This document shows, piece after piece, positions 28,631-40,098 of a DNA stretch of 64,000 nucleotides. Each line of letters begins with the position of its first letter. Positions within the stretch are counted from its first letter, which is position 1. Position numbers and translations under genes: made by a program. Source of the stretch: Moniliella sp. 'wahieum' (Eukaryota). The stretch is from NCBI GenBank assembly GCA_003971905.1, contig RSEE01000019.1, forward strand, positions 124,001 to 188,000. The letters run 5' to 3'. The notes beneath the pieces are model-generated. The model saw nothing but the letters and a program-made list of their open reading frames with translations, was not told the origin of the DNA and did not search any database.

Positions 28631-29563
28631 ATGGCGCGCGACAAGTCCGACAAACCCACAAGTCTCTCCGGCTCAAGTTCAAGGGTGAATCGGACCCCCG
28701 CAAGCGCCGCAAGAAGCACCATCACTCCCGTGCGCAGGAGCACCCGGACCAGTCGGACGGCGAACAGTACGGCGGCGAGCAAGGTACGCCCTTCTCCCCC
28801 TCCTTCGCCCTTCGCCCTTCCTCTCCGAATAAGTGCTTGCCCTTTTGAACTGACTCTGTACCTAGCCTGGGTTCCCATCCACCAACCCACGGACCTGCAT
28901 GGTCCCTCGTACATCTTCACTGAGATTGAGGGCATGCGGTACGCCCTCGACCTCGACTCGCTCAAACGCGTCGCCCTGCTCCGCACCAATACCGTCGACC
29001 CAGCCGAGGCGGAGGCGCTCTTGGCTGCTACCGACCAAGCTGAGCCAGCGTTGGCAGTATTGATCCCTCGCCCGACTCGGTGTACCAAGTTTGGGTGGCC
29101 AGCCGGGTAGCAGGCTCCGAGACGTGGAACTTTCGCTCGGCCGAGGGCATGTTCCTCTCGTCTACTCCGGTGGGGGTGACTGCCAACGCTGCTTCCAGAG
29201 GAGCCCTCGAGGGCTGGACCCCCGAATCGGTCCAAGTGGGCGAACCCACTCCCGGCGCTGTAGGTATCACTCTCAAAACTCCGCAGGGGACGTACCTCTC
29301 AGCCTCGTCCGAGGGGGGCAAACCCACGCTGGTCATCGTTCCCGATATCACCCCCAACGCTCACTGGCACGTACGAGTTCAATGGAAGCACCGCCATTTC
29401 GCCCGGGCCGAGCAGGCCAAGGCGCAACGTACCCGTCTCCCCCCCCACGCAGGCGGGGACCGTACTATCCTATGGGGGTGGCGCAAGTTCAGGAAAGTAC
29501 TACTCGGCGGAGGCTGCGGTGAATGCGCGCGCCAAGGCCAAGAGCGACAAGTATGCGAAATGA
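28631..29563 (+). CDS. FRG1: FRG1-like protein; intron about 28784-28865
   Basis: N-terminal LKFKGE..RKRRKK, EP...YQVWV, ITLKTPQGTYL, WHVRVQ and C-terminal RAKAKSDKYAK*, typical of fungal FRG1-like proteins. Confidence 0.7.
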
Positions 29564-29669
29564 TGGTTGAACCGGAAGGGTATGCTCGTTGGTGGGAGCA
29601 GATATGATACCCAGCTGGACGCTTCGTAGGTTGGGTTTCAAGCTGAATGGTTGGGGTGGTGGTGTGTGT

Positions 29670-29695
29670 GGGGGGGGGGGGGGGGGGGGGGGGGG
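29670..29695. repeat. poly-G tract
   Basis: Run of about 26 G. Confidence 0.85.
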
Positions 29696-29789
29696 AGGCG
29701 AAGTAACTAAGAGGTAAAGGCAGTATCCGTCAATGCAAATAAGAACGAGGATTGTGGAAAGGTCGATGAACCATTTTCAGCAAAAAATT

Positions 29790-29877
29790 CGAATCCTGCC
29801 GGGGTCGAACCGACGACCATTACCATGACTCTCGGGCATAGCCGGAAAGTAACACTCTACCACTGAGCTAAGGATCC
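29790..29877 (-). tRNA. tRNA-Arg(CCG) with 16-nt intron, copy 1
   Basis: GGATCCT-TA-GCTCAGTGGTAGAGT-G-TTACT-TT-CCG-G[CTATGCCCGAGAGTCA]T-GGTAA-TGGTC-GTCGG-TTCGACC-CCGGC-AGGATTC-G, then an oligo-T Pol III terminator. Confidence 0.85.
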
Positions 29878-30497
29878 TGTTGCAAAAGCGTCTCAAAGTA
29901 TTCCTGCTGAGCTGGTTGGATAGCACGTACTGGCAGATTGGATTCCTACCGTAGCTCCTAACCCCAACTCGAAACACACAGGGTGGTAATGTGGCCCAGG
30001 CCAATAGGCAAGGCGTTGAATTCGACAATCACAGAAAGGCGGGGTGATGTTTCCTAAGAACAGCCTGCGGATAATCACATAGACATCCCCGTGTCACAAC
30101 AGGCCTAGCTTGCGGTGTTAGCGGTAGGCAATGGAGATGGACTCAGTGCCCAGCAAAGGAGAGCTACTAGACCTGTGGAATAAAGGCTTTGGGGGGGGGG
30201 TAGAGCCGGTGTGGATGCTGTTGGCCTATTGTGGCCCGCGTGCGACTGGCGAACGGCTTACTACTCTGTGCGGCGGATGATTAAGCTGCGGAATCCGGCG
30301 CGGGAGGTGACTTGGGCGTTTCAGCTGCAATTTATTGAAAGAAAGGCGCGTCACGCGTCACGCGTCACATGTCACTTGGCTGCGGGCGACGTGTTTTCCT
30401 TCGCGACGCGTCGAATCCTTTTTAGCTTAGCTGGGTGGCCAGCTGACTCGTCCAAGTCCGACAGCTGTCCTCGCGTCTCGGCCCCCGCCACCACCCC

Positions 30498-31950
30498 CAT
30501 GTCGCTTCCCGAAGCACGCGTCGTATGGCAACGCAGTCCTTCTCCCGACAGCGGCACAGGCGAGGACGGGGAGGATGTGCTGCGGCCACCTGACCGCGTT
30601 CTGCCTGCTGGCGACGCCGACGTCTCTCCGCCAGCACCTGATGTTGCCTTGCCCTTGCCCTTGCCCTTGCCCTTCACCTCCCCCTCTCCCCGTTCTGCCC
30701 CTTCGACTGCTCCCACCCAACCTGCCGCCATCCCTCGCCCGCGCCCCCCCTCTCCGCCGCACACGTCGTGCCCGCCGAAACAGGCCGCGGGCAGACCGAA
30801 TTGTGCTTGGCGCTCCCAAAGCCGCTCGGCCTGCACCGCCACCTGTACCTGTACCTGCGCCTGCACCTGCACCTGTACCTGCGGCTGAGCCTGCACCTCG
30901 CCTACCTCGCCCTCGCCCCGCCCCCACCCCGGCTCCTGCCTCAAGCCTCTTCCTCCCCCGCATGGTACCCACCAGTACCTGCACCCCGGCCTATGCGCGT
31001 GCGCATGTGGGCCAGCAAGCCCAACCTGAGTCCATCCCAGGCACACGGGAGGGACCCACGTCGTACCCCCGCCCCGCTACGCCTCCTATGCGCTCGCCGC
31101 TGAAGCGGGCCATGCGCGGGTTTGCCGTTCCGGTAGCGTGTCCCTCCTCGCCCCTGGGGCACGAGGAGGATGCGCATGCGGACGAGAGGGAGAAGGAGAA
31201 GGAGCCACCGAGCGAGGAGGACCGGGGGGCAGCGAACGCCAAAGAGGCTGCACCAGCTCACGCTCCGTCGTCTCAGTCTCGGTCTCTGTCTCCCCCGCGC
31301 GACACGGCGAGCTTCATAGCCTATGTCAATGCGCACCTGTTTGATGGTCTGGACTTGGACCCGGACCTGGACCTAGGGCCGCGCGGAGGCATTACGCGCT
31401 GCACGACCGATCCCAGCGTTCGCTTTTCGCCGCGCCCGAGTCCGGCCCGCGGCGCTACGCCGCCCTCGAGCCTTCCGAGTGAAGCGCGCGCCAGCTCGGT
31501 GCCCACGTCGCCCGTCGCTCTGAGCGTGTCCTGGACCAGCCCCAAACGGGACCCCAACGTATCCGCACCCGCAGCTTCTTGTACCAGTTTGCTGCCCCCG
31601 CCTCCGCTCCGTGCCCAGTCCAGAATCTCGAGGGGGCGCGCCCCGAGCCGCGCCAGGGATCCAACGCGCTGTCGCTTTCGCATTCGCAGTCGCATTCGTT
31701 TTCGCTTTCCTCGCCCGTGCGCTCGGTGCGTCCGTTGGGGGCGTGTCCAGCACGCAGCAGGGCACTGGACGGCGCACTGTGGCTTCCTCGTAAGCGTCGT
31801 CGTAGTAGTCCTCCCCTGCCGGCTCGGCGCGCTCCCCACCCCCCGCCTCTCTTCGGCCCGGGAAGCTCCCCGGGCACAGCCATCATCCTGTCGGACGACG
31901 AAGAGGTCGAGATGGTGCAGCTGATCCTGCCGGGCCAACGGGATCGGTGA
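30498..31950 (+). CDS. hypothetical Pro/Ser-rich low-complexity protein
   Basis: MSLPEARVVWQRSPSP start, long open frames with indels, ends ...IILSDDEEVEMVQLILPGQRDR*; no family motif recognised. Confidence 0.45.
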
Positions 31951-32390
31951 GTAGGACTCGCGTCTTGCCGTTGTGGCGAGCCACAACGGGCGGGGCACTC
32001 TTCCTCCTCCCTCTCCCCTCCTCCTCCTCATGACACATTCATTCGTCCAGCTGCATGTGGCCTTGCATGCATTCGCGTCAATCGATCCGTCCGCCTCTGG
32101 CTTCCAAATCCCAAACCACTCTTGTCGTGCGCGCTGCTCCTACTGCTCTTTGTCCTTTTGACCCTTTCTTTGACCCCCCCCCCCCGCCCCCGCGCGCGCC
32201 TACGGGCTACTGCATCCTACTTTATGTCCCAGTCATGCGCCCTCTGAATCCAAATCATCATTCGCAACGCATCTTTCTCCTCAATACGCACGCTGAGGGG
32301 TCCCACCGGTCACCAGACTTGGTTCCGCCCAAAAACGGATGTAGAGACCGAGACAGAGACAGAGACAGAGATAGAACCAAAGAGCCACAC

Positions 32391-33934
32391 TTACAGGGCC
32401 GGGTCGGCCGGGCGACGCATGCTCGGGTCATGGTGACCAGTTCCTCTGCGCCCGAGGGGTGAACGGCGACGGTATTGTCAAAGTCCTTCTTGGTGGCGCC
32501 CATCTTGACCGTCACGCCAAGGGCTTGGATCAGTTCGTCTGAGCCGAGACCAATGACATGGATGCCGACGATTTTCTCCTCCTTGTCACCAACGACAATC
32601 ATCTTGTACACCGTTGGCTGTTTGTGGTCCAGCACGCCAAAGTAGAGGTTGGTAAACCGGGTCTGGTACACAAACACGTTCTCCCGTCCATAGTGCTCGA
32701 TCGCCGCGGCCTCCGACAAGCCCACGCTCCCGGCAGCCGGGTGGGCAAAGATGGCAGTAGGAATGTCCGAGTAGTTGAGGTGGTCGTGCGCTAGCTCCGC
32801 AGGGCCAAATAGACGGTTGGACAGCCTGCGTCCGGCGGCGATCGCAACGGGCGTCAGCAGTGCGTGCCCCCACGTCGCCCACCGCATACACGCCCGGGAC
32901 ATTGGTGTTTTGGTACTTGTCCACGGGGATGATGCCGTCGGGCGCTGGGTCACGCCCGCCTTGTCCAATCCCAAGTTGTTCACGGCAGGGTGGCGTCCAA
33001 TGGCCCAGACCAGTGCGTCGACCTCGATTGACTTGCCCGTGTTGAAGTGCACGGTCAACGGGCCGCCCTTCTCGCCCTCGACCTTGGTCACCTGGGTCTT
33101 GGTGTGCACCGAGAGACCTTCTTGGGTCATGTACTCCTGCAGCGTCTGGCCAATCACGTGGTCAAACGAGCGAAGGAAATGGTCGTGGCGAATGACAAGG
33201 TGCGTCTCGCTGCCCAGTCCATGGAATTGACCAGCGAGTTCGACGGCAATGTAACCTGCGCCCACCACGGCCACCCGACGCGGTTGCTCCCGCAGAGCAA
33301 AGTAGCCGTCCGAGTCGATGCCCAGCGACGCACCGGGCACCTGCTCCTCGGTGGGCCAGGCGGGATAGCCACCAGTCGAGATGACAATGTGGTCGGCACT
33401 GATGGTGTGGGTGCCGGCATCAAACTTGCCCGTTGCAGCGTTGCGGAGATCAATGTGGATCTGCTTGGGGCCAGCAAACTTGGCAAAGCCAGAGATGTAC
33501 TCGACGCCGTCCTTGGCAAGGTTGCGATCGTAAATGCCGTTGAGGCGCTCAATGTACTTGTCGCGCCGCTCGGCAAAGAAGCGCCAGTCAAACGCCGGCT
33601 GCTTGCCGTACTCGCTGAGCGGGCCAAAGCCGTACTCGGGCGCGGCCTTGATCGTGGACGCAATGTCGGACGCATGCCACATGAGCTTCTTGGGCACACA
33701 GCCCACGTTGACACAGGTGCCGCCCAGGTACCCGTCCTTCTCGATCAGAGCGACCTTCTTGCCGTAGGCGGCGGCGCGGCGGCCGGTGCCCATCGCACCC
33801 GACCCACCGCCAATGACGATGAGGTCGTAGTGGGAGCGTGTGGGGGGGACAGGCGGCATGGCGACACGGGCAGAGGTGGAGAGGCGGGCGGAGGAGGGGC
33901 CGATGCGCGGGACAAGACGGGGCGCAAGAAGCAT
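32391..33934 (-). CDS. GLR1: glutathione reductase with putative mitochondrial presequence
   Basis: YDLIVIGGGSG, GGTCVNVGCVPKK redox disulfide, VVGAGYIAVE, LTPVAIAAGRRL, VAVHPSGAEELVTM. Confidence 0.96.
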
Positions 33935-34536
33935 CGTGGGCACAGCAACCGGGCGGCCGGCTTCTTTTCTACCACGGCGTTAACACCCGCGAGGCCAATC
34001 GGGACGGTATGCAGGGGCGGCTGATGGCGTCATCGATGCGCTTACCTCAGCGGCCATGCCGCGGCCGCGTCTGACGGGCAGGCGGCGTGGCTGGGGCAAG
34101 CGCGTGCGGGTGCGGACACAGCAGGCGCGGCCCAGCGGCGACCCCCCCCCCGTTCCCTCCGCCCTCCCGCCGGCCGACAGCCTTCACGCGTCCAGCGTCC
34201 AGCGCCCCTCGCCCCCTGGCCTCGTCCGCACATCCATCCAGAACATCCCGCCAGCAGCCACCCCAGCCCATCTGGACAGCAAGCTCATCTCAACGATGGA
34301 TAGCCATGCAATGTTCAACGTTCTGCACTGAACGTTCACTTCACACTGCCACTCGTGCAGGCGAGCGCTCGGTGGGCCGAGGCCAACAGGCACTGGTCAC
34401 GTGGTGGGCACCTGCCTCCCGCTGACGTCAGCAGCCGCGTTGGCACCCCAGTACCCCCCCCCTCCCGCCTGTCGGGGGCTGCAACTGTCGTGTCGCATCC
34501 GAGCCAGGGCAGGTGGGCTGCTGCGTCCTTGCCATC

Positions 34537-35483
34537 ATGTCCTCCATTATCGAGACGCTGTTTGGGCGGACCAAGACGCCGGCCGAGCGGCTGCGGGAGA
34601 ACCAGCGCGCGCTCCAGCGCGCCCAGCGCGAACTCGACCGCGAACGCACCAAGCTCGAGCAACAGGAAAAGAAGCTGATTGTCGATATCAAGAAGAGCGC
34701 CAAGGACGGTCAGATGGTACGTCGTTTGCAGTCTGTGTGGTGTGGGTTGTGGGTGGAGGCATAGGGTGTGCTCAGGAGGGGGGGTGGCCCTCATTGCGCA
34801 TGCGAGAGCAGGGCAGAACTAACGCCGCCCCGTTCGTTCCAGGCGGCATGCAAGATTATGGCGCGGGACCTGGTGCGCACGCGCAAGCACATTCAAAATT
34901 CTATCAGATGCGCACGCAGCTGCAGGCCGTATCGCTGCGGATTCAAGGGCTGCGGAGTAACCAGGCTATGGGCGAGGCCATGCGCGGGGCTACCAAGGTA
35001 CGTTGTTTGCTTCCGCCCTCATTGCCTTCATTGCTTTCATTGCCTTCATTTCCCTCATTGCGCTCGTCTTGAGCCTTGCCAGGTCGGTACTGACGCGCAG
35101 GTGGTTGCCAGGCGATGGGCATGATGAACCGGCAAATGAACCTGCCGCAAATCCAGCGTATCATGCGCGAGTTTGAGCAGCAAGCCGAAGTGATGGACCT
35201 GAAGGAGAGATGATGAACGATGCGGTGGACGAGGCGATGGAGTCGGACGAAGGTGTGGGCGAGGAAGAGGCAGGCGATGCGATTCTGCAAGAAGTGTTGG
35301 ATGAGATTGGTGTGACCACGGCACAGCAGTTGAAAGATGCGCCGATGGGCGCGTTGGCCGAGGCCCAAGCCGCCCCGCCGACCAAAGTGGCTATTGGCGA
35401 GGGCGCCGAGGCCCACGCCCCGATCGCAGGCGGTCAGAAGAGATGAGTTGCAGGCTCGCTTGGACAGCCTACGACGCGATTGA
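34537..35483 (+). CDS. DID4: ESCRT-III subunit Vps2/Did4; introns about 34717-34842 and 34998-35111
   Basis: LFGRTKTPAERLRENQRAL..AQRELDRERTKLE, MRTQLQAVSLRIQ, C-terminal MIM1-like ELQARLDSLRRD*. Confidence 0.93.
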
Positions 35484-35761
35484 GTTCCTGCTTCGGCACT
35501 GGTTCCACTGGGATCCCCCCCCCCGCCCCTGTGCCATGTCTTGTGGTTGTTGATCTTCCCTCTGCGTTCCCCCCGGGGGTTTCTCTTATCTGGCGTGGCT
35601 TGTTTGCACTCCCTCCCTGCCATGAACCCTTAGATCGATTCCCATTTTACCAAACAGACGGGCGTAACCATGTGTGCAACGAGAAGGACGACAGACCTGC
35701 GGGAAAGGAGAGTAGGTCGATAAGGAGAAACGGGATGGGGACGCGCTGGGTCCGAAAAAAA

Positions 35762-35849
35762 CGAATCCTGCCGGGGTCGAACCGACGACCATTACCATGA
35801 CTTTCGGGCAAAGCCGGAAAGTAACACTCTACCACTGAGCTAAGGATCC
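35762..35849 (-). tRNA. tRNA-Arg(CCG) with 16-nt intron, copy 2
   Basis: Exons identical to 29790-29877; intron CTTTGCCCGAAAGTCA; oligo-T terminator. Confidence 0.85.
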
Positions 35850-36923
35850 TTGAGGAATTGACTGAATCAAACTCAATACATTCCAGCTGGTCAAAAGACC
35901 GACATTTGCACATCCCATTGGCTCTCTGCTGCTCGTACAATCACCAACCTCGGCGCATGTGTAAGAATATGACAACAGCGCATATACTCAGGGCTGACCG
36001 CGAGCGTTGGGCCCAGAATCGAACTCCCCTGCATCATCAGAAGGCAGCGTTGCGATAGACGTCACCGTCGAAGCGCGTCCGGTACGGCGGGAAGGGTTAG
36101 TGCGGTATATGTTCCCCCGCATATGTCGTGTGCGAGAGGTTTCCAGCAAAGTTGCTGCTTGAATTCGCCATCAGAATGGAAATGTGTACTGAGAGTCTTT
36201 CGGGCTATTAATCGGGAGGAACGGACGACTGCCACTGAATACGCCCACTATAGGAAGTGCATGGTGTATATTGCGGTGGTGGGACGCTGATTTACAGACG
36301 GCCCCGATTGTAGTTTTGATATTCGGAGACCATGATATAGTTCAGACCCGACGAGAGCACCTTGCTTTGCTTAATCTGTCCGCCCCTGACGAAGGGATGG
36401 TAGGATTGGCGTGCGCGTGGTGCACAAACTTTGGTGATATATGCAGGCGAAAAGCGCTTTCGGGAGCAACGCCGGATAGTAACAGTCTCTGGTTTGGTAG
36501 CGACAGGCAGAAGAAGGGTGAAAGACCCCAGCTGTTCATCTCCGGTGGCCGTGATACCAGAGAAGGTCATCATTCACGTTTTACGCCATGCTGACTTGTT
36601 GGGTTCTTGTGTTGGTCCGATGTTGAGGAGCTTCTCCACATCGGTGGCGTCGTAACTCACGCGTTGAGGTCGGAAGCGATCGTATGGCCGGTTCGCTTCC
36701 TGTGTGTGTCCTTTCCCTCCCGACCGCGCCGGCCCTTCCAAGGATGGGGTGTGAGGAGCTTGAGGGGATGCATGTTGATGTTGGGTGCGAGTGCATCCGA
36801 GGGGGCTGCATAGGGCGATGGGCGAGGCGTGCGGAAGAATGGCGAGGAAATTGCCACGAAGTACAGGACGGACCCATGAGGAGGAGGTTCTCTGAGGTGG
36901 ATTGCTCGCAGAAGAAAAAAGAT

Positions 36924-37022
36924 GGGGCTCAGCGGGAATTGAACCCACGACCACCTCTATTCGAACTGGAACCAGCTCGGGAACGACCCGAAAGAGGCAT
37001 GATACCACTACACCATGAGCCC
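36924..37022 (-). tRNA. tRNA-Pro(CGG) with intron
   Basis: GGGCTCA-TG-GTGTAGTGGTATCAT-G-CCTCT-TT-CGG-G[intron]T-AGAGG-TGGTC-GTGGG-TTCAATT-CCCGC-TGAGCCC-C; oligo-T downstream. Confidence 0.9.
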
Positions 37023-37690
37023 GGATGCGGGTGGTTGCACTCGTATCATGGGCTCTTGGCAGGATTCGGTTGAGGACGGGTAAGATCGACAGTGAGAGCT
37101 GAGCTAAGCAGCGCTGTCACATGCTGTCAGCGCTGACACATGAATGGGTAATGGGGACCCCAGAGGGCAGGGTTGCGCATGTCTGTGCGTGGGCGATGTG
37201 CCCGGGGGCGGCGGGTGCGTGCGGTGCGGTGGCCGGCAGTGTGCGTGTGCGTGCTGACATGTGACATGCGACAGCGCAGTAGGGTTGCCATCGGTGCAGG
37301 CGGGCAGCGGGCGAGTGTGGGGCGGCAAACGAGGGGGCAGCACGCCAGGGCGGCAAGCGGCGGAGATGGCCATGGCTTGGGCGCGGCTTGCGGGCTTGCC
37401 GCTGGCTGGCTGGCTGGGTGCAGGGCAGGCGATGCAGGGGGGCGTGCCGGGTGCTGCGGCGCGATGCCAGCGTCGGATATCGCCGCCGGCTGGCACGGTG
37501 CAGTGCCCGGGCGTGCGGGGCCCGCGACGCATGACGTGCTGCATGGGGCGCCGCAGCACGCCGCTGTGCCTGCGGCCCGCATCACGCATCGCCCGGGCGC
37601 TGCGTTGGGCCGCCTGCATGCTGCCCGCCAGCGCATCCGCAGAAAAAAAGCGCCCCCCCCCGCGCTTTTCTTCCTTCCCCCCACCTGTGC

Positions 37691-37705
37691 ATGGCCGTTC
37701 CCTAA
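37691..37705 (+). promoter_or_regulatory. candidate uORF (MAVP*) upstream of SAM decarboxylase
   Basis: ATG GCC GTT CCC TAA ends 117 nt before the SPE2 ATG; unknown whether it lies inside the transcript. Confidence 0.3.
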
Positions 37706-37822
37706 GCCGTACACACCCCCCCCACCCCCTCGACCGGGCTAGGACTGGACGGACCACGTCGACGCGACCTCGCCCCCCTACCCGCTGGACCACTTGGACC
37801 CCCCCGCACCCCACCCATCATC

Positions 37823-39863
37823 ATGGCTGTCACCGTCACCAACCAGGCCCACACCCGCTCGGGCCTCGCCATCAATAATAGTCTCTACCATGAGCGCTAC
37901 GATGATCCCCGCGCTGCCCTCGCCCCCCCCACTGCCCCCGCCGTCGACGCACGCGGCCCGGGCGTGCCGGCCGTGGACGAGGGCAGCGCGCCTGCCCATC
38001 CGCACCTCCAAGTGGCCCCAGTCGCGGCCGACACTCCGTCCATTCCCTCTGCGCTCTCTGCGCCTGCCTCTGGGGCGTGCGCTGGAGCACGCGGAGGGTG
38101 CGCGCCCCGCGTTCGCCGCGGGGTGGGTTCCCTCTCTTCTTCGGGCCCCACCGCCGCTGGCGCCTTTGATTCCTCCTTGCCTGCTTCCGTCCCGGCGCCC
38201 CCGCACACGCAGGAGGATGCGTCGCTGGCCCAGCAGCTCATTGCTCAGCTCGTCGCCGCCGTAAGCGAGACGAAGCAAGTGGGCGCGATGCTGCTGGACC
38301 CGCCGGTGCCGGAGCAGGCTCCACTCTCTGACGCTGAGCCGGCCTACAGCCCCTCGGCCAAGCTGGACGACGAAGCCAAGTTGCCCGACAAGTACCACGA
38401 CCGTGACAACCCACTCACTGCCCAGACGACCGGCACGGCCAGCCAATCTGACGCGGCTACGTTGGATGGCGTCTGGGGCGAGGCCCAGGGCCCGTTTGAA
38501 GGCCCCGAGAAGCTGCTCGAGCTCTGGTTTGCCAATAGCCCTGATGCGCTGCTTCTGCCCGGTGGGCAGGGGGGGCAGCATGGACTCAAGGCTGTGCCGC
38601 GTGCCGTGTGGGAGCAGATGCTGGACTTGGTCCACTGCAAAGTCCTCTCTGTCATTCCTAGCGCCGAGGTGGACGCCTACCTCTTGTCGGAGAGCTCGAT
38701 GTTTGTCTTTCCCCACAAACTCATTCTCAAACCTGTGGCACCACCACACTCCTCCTGGGCCTGGAACGCCTGCTGGAAATCGCAGCGGCGGCACTTGCGC
38801 CCCACTTTGTTGCCACCAAGATGCACACGCCGCTCTCGGTGGCTGCCTTGGCTGCGGGCAGTGTGCTGAAAGCGGACCAGGCTCCCACGTCCGAAGACGC
38901 TGCGACGATGGGTGGCGTTGACGCCAAGGACCGGTCGGAGGAGGAGGAACACAAGCGTGCGCTCGGGCGGTTGGTGCAGCGCTGCTTTTACTCGCGCAAG
39001 TCGTTCATGTTCCCAGAGCGGCAGAAGGGCCCGCACAAGGACTGGATGACCGAAGTGAGCACGCTAGACAGTTTCTTTGGACCCAAGGGCGGTGCTGCCT
39101 ACACGGTAGGCAAGATGAATGGGGACCATTGGTTGCTGTATACGTCCCAGTCGCCCGAATCGGCCGCGGCGGACGAGAAGGTGCGTTTGGCGTTGGCCAG
39201 TGCTGGGGCTGGTGCGGGTGCGGAGCCGGTGGTGGGCCCGCAAGACCAAACGTTGGAGATGCTCATGACCCACCTGAGTCCCAAGGCATGCTCCAACTTT
39301 TTCTATGACGAGGACAGCTCGCTTCCCGAGGGAGGCGACGATGCGCACCGTGGCCATGCGCTGGGGGGCAAGACGGCACAGAAGTTGGGGCTGGACGCGC
39401 TGTACCCTGCGACGTACTTGGACGCGTATGCGTTTGACCCGTGTGGGTTTAGTGCCAATGCGGTGGTTGCGCGTCCGTGCTCGGAAGCGAATGCGGAGGC
39501 GGAGGCGGAGGCGGTGCGGGACGGGTACTGGACCATCCACGTCACGCCCGAAGAAGACTTTAGCTACGCGAGCTTTGAGACGAACGTGGTGCCGTCGTGT
39601 GCGGCGGGGTCGGGGGCGCGGGGGTGCCGGGTGGCCAGCCGTCGGACGCCAAGGCGCTCATCCAACGTGTTGTCGAGATCTTTGAGCCGGGCCGCATGAC
39701 CATCACGCTCTTTGCTTCGGCCGACCTGGATGGCGGACAAGGCGAGGTGCTGCAGCGTCTCCAGCTGGCCGGGTACCGTCGCACCGACCGCATCCTCTAC
39801 GAGTTTGGTCACTACGACTTGTACTTTGTCCAGTTCGAGCGCCTCGACCGCCTGACCGCCTAA
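37823..39863 (+). CDS. SPE2: S-adenosylmethionine decarboxylase proenzyme
   Basis: [24 protein letters not shown] (pyruvoyl-forming E/S cleavage), [53 protein letters not shown]. Confidence 0.95.
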
Positions 39864-40049
39864 CCTAGTCGTACTCTGGCGGCCCAATAAAACTTCAAAG
39901 GGGACTCATCTCCCCCCCCTCCCCCTTCTCCCTTCTCCTCTTCCTCCCTGTACCCCTCTGCTACCCGGTATCTCTCTCGCGCAACGTGAGAGAAGGTGAC
40001 GGGACAGCAAGCTGCGGTGCTGGTTCTACTTCCCTGCTCATCGCTCCTG

Positions 40050-40098
40050 CGTGAATCTCCGTGACTCTACGTGACTCTGCGTGAATCTGCGTGACTCG
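40050..40098. repeat. 10-bp tandem repeat (CGTGA[A/C]TCTN), about 5 copies
   Basis: cgtgaatctc cgtgactcta cgtgactctg cgtgaatctg cgtgactcg. Confidence 0.85.

Noticed and set aside
29790..29877. CGG codon reassignment suggested by the atypical tRNA(CCG) body
   Set aside because: CGG encodes conserved Arg positions here (e.g. MCM5 EDRVAIHE uses CGG), so the standard code holds
33047..34024. Long antisense ORFs overlapping GLR1 and other genes
   Set aside because: Expected shadow ORFs in GC-rich coding DNA, with no motifs
35860..36900. Possible gene or ncRNA between the tRNA-Arg and tRNA-Pro genes
   Set aside because: Only short ORFs with no recognisable motif or RNA structure, so it cannot be supported without a search
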